Source: Vicugna vicugna (taxonomy: Eukaryota). From it: a DNA stretch of 58,438 nt. The stretch's first letter is position 1; each line of letters begins with the position of its first letter. Of the stretch, positions 38,701 to 50,259 are shown piece after piece. The notes beneath the pieces were generated by a model. That model was not told the DNA's origin. It made no database searches and saw only the letters and a list, made by a program, of their open reading frames with translations. The position numbers and the translations under genes were made by a program. The DNA lies in contig MU057951.1 of the NCBI GenBank assembly GCA_013265495.1, positions 223,008-281,445 on the forward strand, in the 5' to 3' direction.

Positions 38701-40939
38701 ACAGGAGACTAGTATGAACAATTATAAGACAATACATTGATAACTTACAAGACATGAAAATATTCCTAGAAACATACACCGTAGAAGGAAAGAATTAACA
38801 AAAATCAGAGAAGATATAAATAAAATATAGAATAAAAATACAACAGAAAACATAAATGGAACTAAGAGGTAGTTATCTGACAAGGTAAACAAAATTGAGA
38901 AACATTTAGCAAGACTCTCAGAAATAAAGAGAGGGAATCAAATAAATAAAATAAGAAATGAAAGAAGAGAAATAACAGTGGATATTATAGAAACACAAAG
39001 GCTATAAGAGAATATTATGAATAACAATAGACCAATAAATTAAAGCAATCTAGAAGAAATGGACAAATTCTTAGAATCAACAAACTTATAAGACTGCATC
39101 ATGAAGTGATAAAAAAATATTAATGGACCAATCACTAGTAAGAAGATTGATTCAGTAGTAAAAAATCTCTCTTAAAATAAAAGTTCATAACCAGATGACT
39201 TCACTGGTGAATTCTACCAAATGTTCAAGGAAAATTTAATACCTATCTTTCTTAAAATCTTCCAAAAACCTGAAGAGGAATGAATGCTTCTGAAATGATT
39301 TTATAGGAGAACGTTACCCTGATAGCTAAACCAGACAAGAGCAACACAACAAAATAAAATTACAGGCTAATATTTCTGATGAACATACAGGCAAAAATCA
39401 TCAACAAGATATTATCAAACCAAATGCAATAAATTAAAAGGATCATATAAAATTATCAAGTGGGATTTACTGCAAAGAAGGAAATATGGTTCAACATCTG
39501 CAAGTTAATCAACATGATACACCACATTAACAAAGTAAAGGATACAAATCTAATGATTATCTCAATAGATGAAGGAAGAGCATTTGACAAGACTCAACAC
39601 AACTTTACTATAAAACTCTTAATAAAATGAATATGGAAGGAGCATACCTCAGCATAACAAAGGCCATATATCACAAACCCACACCTAACATACTTAGTGA
39701 TGAAAAGCTGATAGCTATACCTCTAAGATCAGAAACAAGACAAAGATGCTCACTCCCATCATTCTTATTCAATGTAGAATTAGAAGTCCTAGTCAGATCA
39801 ATTAGGTAATAAAAGAAAAGAAAAACCATCTAAACTGAAAAACAAAAAGCAAAACTATCTCTTTTTACAGATGGCATACTATTATATGTGGAAACCTATA
39901 AAGACTCTACCAAAAACCTGTTAAAATAAATAAAATTGAGTAAAGTAGCAGGATATAAAATCAATATAAAAATCAATTGTTTCCATACACTACTAATGAA
40001 GTATCAGAAGGAGAAATCAGGAAAACAGACCTTTTTAAAGTTGCATCAAAAATAATAAAACACCTAGTGATAAATTTATCTGAGGAGATGAAACACCTAT
40101 ACACCTAAAATTATGACACTGATTAAATAAATAGAATTAGACACAAATAAATGGAAAGATATTTTATGCTTATAGATTGGAACAACTAATACTGAAAAAA
40201 TATCTATATTATCCAAAGCAATCTACAGATGAATATAATCATTATCAAAATAACAATGATACTTTTCACAAAGATAGAAACATCCTGAAATTTGAATGGA
40301 ACCACAGAAGATCCCAAACAGCCAAAGCAAACTTGAGAAAAGGACAAAGCTGGAGGCATCACACTAATTTCAAAATGTATTAGAAAGAGAGAGTAAAGAA
40401 AACACCATTGTATTGGTATAAAATAGACATATAGATCAATGGAACAGGATAGAAAGCTAGAAATAAACTCACACATGTATGGTCAATTAATTTACAACAA
40501 AGGAGACAAGAATATACAATGGGAAAATATTGTCTTTTTGAGCAATGTTGTTGGGGAACCAGGAGATTCAAATGTAAAAGAACAAAACTGGACAAGTACC
40601 TTAAGCCACAGACAAAAACAAACTCAAAATGTACTAAACTCTTGTACATAAGACATAAAACCACAAAACTCCTTGAAGAAAACATAGAGAGCAAGCTACT
40701 CAACATCAGTCTTGGAAATTGCTTTTTTGATTTGACATTAAAAGCAAAGGCAACAAAAGCAAAAATAAACATTAGAATACATCAAACCAAAAATCTTCTA
40801 TATAACAAAGGAAACAATCTATAAAAAAGGCAACCTGTGGAATGGGAGAAAATATTTACAAATAATTTATTTAATAAGGGGTTAATAATCAAAATATATA
40901 AAGAGTTCATATAACTCAATGGAAAAACAATAACAATTT
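35779..40939 (+). mobile_element. Old L1 (L1MA-like) with short 5'UTR and ORF1/ORF2 remnants, 3' end missing
   Basis: Starts 'caagatggtgac'; ORF1 fragments at 36198-36380 (EINDLPDKEFK) and 36691 (RSTPRYIIIKLSK); ORF2 fragments at 39627-39809 and 40519-40824. Confidence 0.88.
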
Positions 40940-43120
40940 GGGTATCAGTCAAGATGGCAGAGTTGAAGGACTCTCATAGTTCACCATCTCCCACAAATAC
41001 ATCAAAACTCACATCCACAGACTTACCCAGCCAACCAGAGCACCTGCTGAATTCTGACAGAACAACACCTTCTTCAAAACAAAGATGCCATAAATCTGGT
41101 AGGAGAAAAGGAAAAAAGAAATAAGGAAAAGCAAAACAGTGCAGGGCCAGTCCCACAGGGAGAGAGTGGCAAAGGAGGAATAGCGTTCATTCACTGGGTC
41201 TCCCTGACTCCAAATGAGAGGTCAGAGGGACAGAAGGAGAACCTCTGAGACACGGATCTGTACAGAATAGCCCTTGACTGACAGAACTAAGTTAAATGGG
41301 CACAGAAGGTATCTGCAACCCCAGCCTTAGGGGCAAAGTGGCAGATGGGGGAGAGGACAGGCTGCCTTAAGCAGATGGAAGACAGGGACAGGAAATACAG
41401 AGGCAAGCCCAGGGGAACGTAGGGTGCTGTGCAACATCACTGGGAGGGTATACAGAGCAGAACAACCTGGGTCCTTTATAAACTATGAAAGAAAAAAAAA
41501 GCAACATGGCTGGTGTGCCCTGAGGGTAAGGGTGACATGTGCCATAGATTCCATCTCCAAAAACCCACGTAACCAGATTTGGGATAGAAGATAGGCAGGG
41601 CTCAGCCATATCTAACATATCCTCTGGTGCTTAGCACCCAGGTGGGGGCGAGGTCAAAACCTGAATTCAAAACTAGGAGCTTAGCAGTCTCATAGACGAG
41701 ACTGAGTCTTGTTTACAGCCTGAGTCAGATAGGATCATTCTGCCTTGGTACCTCTGAGAACTCATGTCTCCAAGACAAACAAGAAACTGAGTTCTGGCAT
41801 GGAGCAGGGGTGAGTGCTGTTCCACTGTATTCCCCAAGCCAGCCTACAGAGCACGGACAGAAGGTAGAGTGGGCAGCTGCATAGAGCAGGGGAGTGACCA
41901 GTGCAGGTGGAAGGCAGCACCCTCCATCTTCCATGAAACAGTGCAGCATCTGACTGTGCTGTTAGGAGAGGGCACAACCTACCTGCCTATCATGCAAGTG
42001 CACAGCATCTGACAGCAGCATTGGGAAGGGACGTGACCCACTCACCCAATGTGTAAGAGCATAGCACCTGACTGCAGAGTTGGGAAGGGGCACGATTTGC
42101 TTGCCAACTGGCAGTGGGAGCAACACAGATCAGGGACGCGAACAGAAGGCCTCTGGAAGCATCGAGCTAAGTTCACACAGCAGGGCAAGGACAGAAAGAC
42201 CTCTTGATAAAACCGTTAAGAGCACATAGACTCCACAGGAACACACCCATGTTATTTTCCTTTTTTCCCTTGGTTTTTACATTTACATAGATAAATAAAT
42301 AAACTACTTAAGGACCAAAATAGATAACTGATACACCATAAGCCACAGAGCCAAGAGACATGAGTAAGATGAAGAAATAGAAAACCACTCTCAATTAAAG
42401 AACAAGAGAAATCCCCTGACAAAATGAACAATGAACTAGACATTGATAGCCTACAAGATCAAGATTTCAAAAAAGGAGTGATCAAAGTATTGAAGGAACT
42501 AAAAGAGATAGTGTTTAGAGACATACGATATGCCAAAAATGAAATTGAAGCAATAAAGAGAAGCTAATCAGAATTGGAAAACTCATTGGAGAAATGAAAG
42601 CTGATCTAAAGGCTGTACAAAGCAGGCTAGATAATGTAGAGGAACAAATAAGTGACGTGGAAGACAGGACAGCAGGAACCACCCAATAAGAACATCTGAG
42701 AGAAAAACAAATAAAAAACAATGAAAACAAAAAAAGGAACTTATGGTATAATATAAAGCATGCCAATCTACACATAATAGGGCTTCCGGAAGGAGAAGAA
42801 AGAGCAAAGGGGATTGAAAAGGTTTCTGAAGAAATCATGACTAAAAACTTCACAAACCTAAAGAAGAAATCAGATATCCAAGTACAGGAATCCCAGAGGG
42901 TCCCAAACAGGAAGAACCCAAACAGATCCACATGAAGACATATTATAATCAGAATGGCCATGGTTAAGGATAAGAAATTATCCTAAAGGCAGCAAGAGAA
43001 AAACAAAGAATGAGTTACAAGGGAACCCCCATAAGACTCTCAGCTGATTTCTCTACACAAACACTACAGGCCAGAAGGGAGTGGCAAGATATACTCAAAG
43101 TCCTGAATTAAAAAAAAAAA
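40940..43120 (+). mobile_element. Intermediate-age camelid-type L1 5'UTR plus disrupted ORF1, cut by a younger L1
   Basis: Starts 'gtcaagatggcagagttgaaggac'; UTR is homologous to the young copies but CpG-depleted; ORF1 from ATG 42360 to 43108. Confidence 0.92.
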
Positions 43121-44390
43121 GAGAGAGGAGGCAAGATGGCGGCGTAGAAGGACGCTCGTAAGTCACTCTCTCCCACAAATACACCAAGATCCACATCTAC
43201 AGACTCATTCAGCCAACCAGAGCACCTGCGGAAATCCGACAGAACATCGCCCTCTTCAACAGATAAAGACGCCAAAAATCTGGTAGGAGAAAAGGGAAAA
43301 AGAAAGAACAAAAGGCAAAGCAGCACGGGACGGGTCCCGTGGGGAGGGAGCGGCAAGCTGGACTGGCGCTTGCTCGCTGGGTCTCCCCTCTCCAACTGAG
43401 AGGCCACCGGGATGGAGGGGGAGCCTCCAAGGCTTGGATCTTTACAGAGCAGCCCTTGTCTGACAGAACTAAATTAAACGGGCACAGAGCGTCCCCCCGA
43501 AACCCAGCCTGAGACGCGGGCCGGCAGCGGAGGGCAGGGCCAGGCTGCACAAGCCAGGCGGAGGACGGGGGCGGCTGCACGGAGGCAGCTCCGGGGGACT
43601 GGTAGGGGCTGGGCGCCGTGGCTGTGGGTGTACAGGGCAGAACAACCTAGGCCCTGCATAAAACACTAAAGTTGATGTGCTCTCGGGTGAAGGGTGCATA
43701 ACCCCATCTCTGAAAACACGCGGAAACATTTCAGGGGAAGTGAGGCGGGGCCCAGGCACAGCCGCCATATTCTCCGGCGCTTAGCACCCAGGCGGGGGCA
43801 GGGGCGAAACCCGCATCCACACCAAAGGGCTCAGCAGCCTCAAGGGCCAGACTGAGACGGGCCTACAGCCCGGGTCAGGTGGGATCCTTCCATCCTGGTC
43901 CCTCAGAGAACTTGCTCCACAAAGACAAACAAGGAGCTGGGTCTTGGCGCGGAGCAGGGACGAGGCTGCCCCTCAGTCTTCCTCCAGCCCACCCGCGGAG
44001 CGCCGGCCAGGGCGGAGCGCGCAGCCACACAGAGCAGCGGAGCTACCGGCGGCGCAGGCAGAGGGAGAGCGGCCCCCCCGGATGTCGGGCAGGAACACAG
44101 CCCCTGACCAAGGTGCTGGGAGGGGGCACGACCCGCCCTCCTGCCTGGCCAGTCTGCAACATCTGACTGCGGCATCCGGAGGAGCACTGACACGCCCGCT
44201 CAAAGCAGAGGAGAGCTGCATCTGACCCCGTGTTAGGAGGAGGCACGATCTACTTGCCGACAGATGCTGGGAGCAGCACAGAAGTGGGCGCCAACGGAGG
44301 GCCTATGAAAACAAGCTAAGCTTCTAAAACAGGACGAAGACAGAAGGATTTCACATTAAAAGCACACAGACTCCAGGAGAACACCGACAA
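43121..44390 (+). promoter_or_regulatory. L1 5'UTR internal promoter, CpG-island-like, with YY1-type motif
   Basis: CAAGATGGCGG at 43132-43142; CpG-rich. Confidence 0.75.
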
Positions 44391-44848
44391 CGCCTTTTTT
44401 TTTGGTTTTGCTTTTGTTTTTGTTTGTTTTTTGTTTTGTTCTTAAATCTGTTTTTACCGGTTCTATTTTCAATTAGTCTCTTAATTTTTACTTCTTAATT
44501 CATTTCTATTTCTCTTGGGTTTTGATGAACTGTTATTGATTACACACAGGTTTCAAGTACATCTATTCATCTCCCCATCCCTTTTTTTTTTCTTTTTCTT
44601 TTTTTTAAAGGTATTAAAAGGACGTCTCAACCCGATTAATACTCTGCTTCAACTCGCTCTTCTATTATTCATTATACACTGTTTTCAAACCCTCTTTCTC
44701 CCTTCTTTTAAAAATCTTTCTCTCTCTCTCTTATTATTTCTTTCTCTTTTTTTCCTAAGTTCTATTCATAAATAGGCATTAGATAGATAAAATCCTTAAG
44801 ATCCAAAATAGACAACTGATACTCCATAAACCACAGTGCCAGAGAGGT

Positions 44849-45739
44849 ATGAGCAAGATGAAGAAGCAGAGAAACCTTTCCCAATTAAAAGAACAAGAGG
44901 AATCCCCTGAAAGAAAGATCAATGAAATAGACATCGATAGCCTACTAGATCAAGATTTCAAAAAAGGAGTGAACAAATTGCTGAAGGAATTAAAAGAGAT
45001 AGTGCTTAGAGAGATAAAATATGTCAAAAATGAAATTGAAGCTATAAAGAAGAGCAAAGCAAAATGGGTAAACCCATTGACAGACATGAGAAATGATCTA
45101 ATAGCTGTGCAAAGCCGGATAGTTAATGCAGAGGAACGAATTAGTGATCTAGAAGACAGGGCAATAGAAAGCACCCATTCAGGAGAACTACAAGATAAGC
45201 AAATAAAAAATAATGATAATAGCATAAGGGACCTATGGGATAATATAAAGCGTCCCAATCTTTGCATAATAGGGGTCCCAGAAGGGGAAGAAGAATCAAA
45301 GGGAATTGAAAAGGTTTTTGAAGAAATCATGACTGAAAACTTCCCAAACTTAAAGAAGGAATCAGATATCCAAGTACAGGAAGCTCAGAGGGTCCCAAAC
45401 AGGAAGAATCCAAATAGACACACACCAAGACATATCATAACCAAGATGGCCAGAGGCGAGGATAAAGAAATGATTCTAAAGGCAGCAAGGGAAAAGCAAA
45501 GAGTGAATTACAAGGGAACCCCCATAAGGCTCTCAGCTGATTTCTCTACACAAACACTACAGGCCAGAAGGGAGTGGCAAGATATATTCAAAACCCTGAA
45601 TGAAAAAAAGGTGCAGCCTAGGATACTTTATACAGCAAGGCTATCCTTTAGGATAGAAGGAGAAATAAAGAGTTTCACAGACAAAAAAAAGCTGCATGAG
45701 TTTGGAAACACTAAACACATGCTAAAAGAAAAATTGTAA
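44849..45739 (+). CDS. ORF1: L1 ORF1p (coiled coil, RRM, CTD RNA chaperone), 296 aa; stops about 4 codons early
   Basis: Uninterrupted ATG ORF with RPNLCIIGVPE, TPRHII, PIRLSADFS, ARREW and YTARLSF motifs; TAA at 45737 where the sister copy has AAA. Confidence 0.85.
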   Translation: MSKMKKQRNLSQLKEQEESPERKINEIDIDSLLDQDFKKGVNKLLKELKEIVLREIKYVKNEIEAIKKSKAKWVNPLTDMRNDLIAVQSRIVNAEERISDLEDRAIESTHSGELQDKQIKNNDNSIRDLWDNIKRPNLCIIGVPEGEEESKGIEKVFEEIMTENFPNLKKESDIQVQEAQRVPNRKNPNRHTPRHIITKMARGEDKEMILKAAREKQRVNYKGTPIRLSADFSTQTLQARREWQDIFKTLNEKKVQPRILYTARLSFRIEGEIKSFTDKKKLHEFGNTKHMLKEKL

Positions 45740-46146
45740 GGGCTATTCTAAATAGAAAAGCAGCAGGATGCTACAGAAATGAGAAACTCACAACTAAAAG
45801 ATGATAACTCATGAATTACAAATAAAGAAAACACAAAATTATAAAAGAAGACATACAAATCACTGAGAGTGGGAGAGGGAGGCAGGGAAATATAGAATTT
45901 TTTTCTTTATTATAAAAATTTTTTTAACAGTAGGATGGGTTTGAGACCATGTTATTATCAGTTAAACAAAAACAGGTATTGGTTAATAGATTTATATAAA
46001 AGGGTAACCACAAGTCAAAAATTTACCAGGGATTCACAGAAATTACATAAAATCCAAGATAATACAAAGGAAAATTACCAAACCACAAAAGGAAGAAGAA
46101 AGGAACAAAGAGGATATAACAATTCAAATGCAAGGATGAGTTCAAA

Positions 46147-49100
46147 ATGTCAATAAACACACATCTATCATTAATTACTGTAAATGTTAATGCACTAAAT
46201 GCTCCAGTCAAAAGACATAGGGTGGCAGACTGGAAAATAAAGCAAGAAATTTCAATATGCTGCATACAAGAGACCCACTTTAGGGAGAAGGACACATACA
46301 GTTTGAGAGTGAAAGGATGGAAAAGGATATTCCATGCAAATGGAAAAGCCAAAAAAGCAGGTGTTGCAGTACTAATTTCAGACAAAATAGACTTTAAAAC
46401 AAAGGCCATAAAGATAAAAAGGGACATTTTATAATGATTAAAGGAGTGATACAAGATGAAGACATTACACTCATTAATATATATGCGCCCAATATAGGAG
46501 CACCTAAGTACATACAAATATTACTAACAGAGATAAAGGGGGATATTGATGGGAATACAATCATAGTTGGAGATTTTAACACTGCATTAACATCACTAGT
46601 CAGATCTTCCAGACAGAAAATAAACAAGGCAACAGAGAAATTAAATACTACAATAGAAAAACTAGATTTGGTGGATATTTTCAGAGCATTACACCCCCAA
46701 AAAATAGAATATACATTCTTTTCAAGTGCACATGGAACATTTTCCAGGATTGATCATGTACTTGGACACAAAAGGAAACCTCAACAAATTTAAGAAGATA
46801 GAAATTATCTCAAGCGTCTTTACTGACAACAATGATATGGAACTGGAAATCAACAACAGAGAAACAAAGGAGAAAGAAAGAAAAGCATGGAGATTAAACA
46901 ATATGTTATTGAAAAAACAATGGATCAATGAGGAAATCAAAGATGAAATTAAAAAATACCTTGAGACAAATGATAATGAAAGAACAACCACTCAAAACCT
47001 ATGGGAAACAGCAAAGGCAGTGCTAAGAGGGAAGTTTGTAGCGATACAGGCCTTCCTCAAAAAACAAGAACAATCTGAAATAAACAAGTTAAACCACCAC
47101 CTGAATGAATTAGAAAAAGAAGAACAAAAAGCACCAAAAAGCAGCAGAAGGAAGGAAATAATAATGATCAGAGAGAAATTAAATACAATTGAGATTAACA
47201 AGACCATAGAAAAAATCAACCAAACCAAAAGCTGGCTTTTTGAAAAAGTAAATAAAATCGACAAACCTCTGGCCAAACTCACAAAGAAGAAAAAAGAGAG
47301 AGCACAAATTAGCAAAATAAGAAAGGAAAATGGAGAAATTACAACAAACAAAATAGAAATACAGAATATCATACGAGAATATTATGAAAAAATATATGAA
47401 AACAAACTGGATAACCTAGAGGAGATGGACAAGTTTCTGGAAACATACTGTCCGCCAAAACTGAATCAAGAAGAACTGAACACTTGAACAATCCGATAAC
47501 TAGAAAGGAAATAGAAATAGCAATTAAAAATCTCCCTACAAATAAAAGTCCAGGACCGGACGGCTTCACCGGGGAAATCTACCAAGCATACAAAGAAGAA
47601 CTCATACCAGTTCTTCTCAAACTCTTCCAGACGATTAAAAAGGAGGGACTACTCCCAAACTCATTCTATGAAGCCACCATCACCCTGATACCAAATCCAA
47701 GCAAAGACCCTACAAAAAAAGAGAATTATAAACCAATATCACTGATGAACATAGACGCCGAAATCCTCACCAAAATTTTAGCAAATAGGATCCAACAACA
47801 CATGAAAAAGATTATACACCATGACCAAGTGGGGTTCATCCCAGGGACACAAGGCTGGTTCCACATATGCAAATCAAGCAATGCAATACATCACATCAAC
47901 AAGAGAAAGGACAAAAACCACGTGATTATCTCAATACATGCAGAAAAAGCGTTTGATAAAATTCAACACACATTTATGAGAAAAAAGCTTGCCAAAGTGG
48001 GTATAGAGGGAACATATCTCAACATAATATAAGCTATATATGACAAATCTACAGCCAGCCTAGTTCCCAAAGGTGAAAAAACAAAAGCTTCCCACTAAAA
48101 TCTGGGAAAAGGCAAGGATACCCAATATCACCACTCCTATTCAACATAGTCCTGGAAGTCCTAGCCACAGCAATCAGGAAGAGAAAGAAATAAAAGGGAT
48201 CCAAATTGGAAAAGAAAAGGTAAAAGTGTCATTATATGCTAATGACATGTTACTATATATAGAAAACCCTAAAAGGTCCACACAAAAGCTACTAGAGCTG
48301 ATTGAAGAATTCAACAAGGTAGCAGGTTACAAATTTAACGTTCAAAAATCAGTTGCATATCTTTACACTAATGATAAATCAACAGAAAAATATAGTAAAG
48401 AAACAATCCCCTTTAAAATAGCACCCAAAGTAATAAAATATCTGGGAATAAATCTAACCAAGGAGGTGAAAGAATTATACACAGTAAACTATAAACCATT
48501 GATGAAGGAAATTAAAGAAGACTTTAAAAAATGGAAAGATATCCCATGCTCTTGGATTGGAAGAAACAATATTGTTAAAATGTTCACACTGCCCAAGGCA
48601 ATCTACAGATTTAATGCAATCCCTATCCAATTACCCAGGACATATTTCACAGAACTAGAACAAATCATAATAAAATTTATATGGAACCATCAAAGACCTA
48701 GAATTGCTAAAGCATTACTGAAGAGAAAGAAAGAGGCTGGAGGAATAACTCTCCCAGACTTCAGACAATACTATAGAGCTACAGTCATCAAGACAGCATG
48801 GTATTGGTACCAAAACAGACATATAGACCAATGGAACAGAATAGAGAGCCCAGAAATGAACCCACAAACTTTTGGTCAACTCATCTTCGACAAAGGAGGC
48901 AAGAATATACAATGGAATAAAGACAGTCTCTTCAGCAAATGGTGTTGGGAAAACTGGACAGCAGCATGTAAAACAATGAAGCTAGAACACACCCTTACAC
49001 CATATACAAAAATCAACTCAAAATGGATTAAAGACTTAAACATAAGACAAGATACAATAAACCTCCTAGAGGAAAACATAGGCAAAACATTATCTGACAT

Positions 49101-49937
49101 ACATTTCAAAAATTTTCTCCTAGAAGAAATAAAAGCAAGAATAAACAAATGGGACCTAATGAAACTTACAAGCTTCTGCAGAGCAAAGGAAACCAGAAAT
49201 AAAACAAGAAGAAAACCTACGGAATGGGAGAAAATTTTTGCAAGTGAAACCGACAAAGGCTTGACCTCCAAAACATATAAGCAGCTCATACAACTCAATA
49301 AGAAAAAACTAAACAACCCAATCCAAAAATGGGCAGAAGACCTAAACAAGCAATTTTCCAAAGAAGACACACAAATAATCAAAAACACAAGAAAAAATGC
49401 TCAATATCACTAATGATCAGAGAAATGCAAATCAAAACTGCAATGAGGTATCACCTCACACCAGTCAGAATGGCCATCATTCAAAAACCCAAAAATGACA
49501 AATGCTGGAGAAGCTGTGGAGAAAGGGGAACCCTCCTACACTGCTGGTGGGAATGCAGTTTTCTGCAGCCACTATGGAAAACAGTGTGGAGATTACTCAA
49601 AAGACTAGGAATAGACTTACCATATAACACAGGAATCCCACTCCTGGGCTTGTATCCTGAAGGAAATCTACTTCAGGATGACACCTGCACTCCAATGTTC
49701 ATAGCAGCACTATTTACAATAGCCAAAACATGGAAACAGCCTAAATGTCCATCAACAGGTGACTGGATAAAGAAGAAGTGCTATATTTGTACAATGGAAT
49801 ACTACTCAGCCATAAAAACCGACAACATAATGCCATTTGCATCAACATGGATGCTCCTAGAGAATGTCATTCTAAGTGAAGTAAGGCAGAAACAGAAAGA
49901 AAAATACCATATGAGATCGCTCATATGTGGAATCTAA
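46147..49937 (+). pseudogene. ORF2: L1 ORF2p (APE endonuclease, RT, cysteine-rich CTD), frameshifted
   Basis: Fragments 46147-46434, 46434-46793 (IIVGDFNT, SRIDH), 46726-47487, 47484-48032 ([22 protein letters not shown]), 48073-49413 (YAND, KYLGI), 49329-49937. Confidence 0.95.
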
Positions 49938-50259
49938 AAAACAAACAAACAAACAAAAACAAAGCATAAATACAGGACAGAAATAGACTCATGGACTGAG
50001 AATACAGACTTGAGTTTACCAGGCGGTAGAGGGTGGGAAGGGATAGACTGGGATTTCAAAATTGTAGAATACATAAACAGGATTACACTGTATAGCACAG
50101 GGAAATATACACAAAATATTATGATAAATCACAGAGAAAAAAATGTGACAATGAGTGTGTCTATGTCCATGAATGACTGAAAAATTGTGGTGGACACTGG
50201 AATTTGACAGAACATTGTAAAATGATTATAAAACAATAAAAATGTTAAAAAAAAAAAAA

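Larger units (their letters stand above)
43121..50259 (+). mobile_element. Young full-length (about 7.1 kb) camelid-type L1, non-autonomous (ORF2 disabled)
   Basis: 5'UTR of about 1.73 kb, ORF1 44849-45739, spacer of about 400 bp, ORF2 46147-49937 in fragments, 3'UTR with AATAAA and polyA. Confidence 0.98.

Noticed and set aside
43121..50259. Potentially active autonomous L1
   Set aside because: ORF2 has several frameshifts, a stop near 48030 and YAND in place of YADD.
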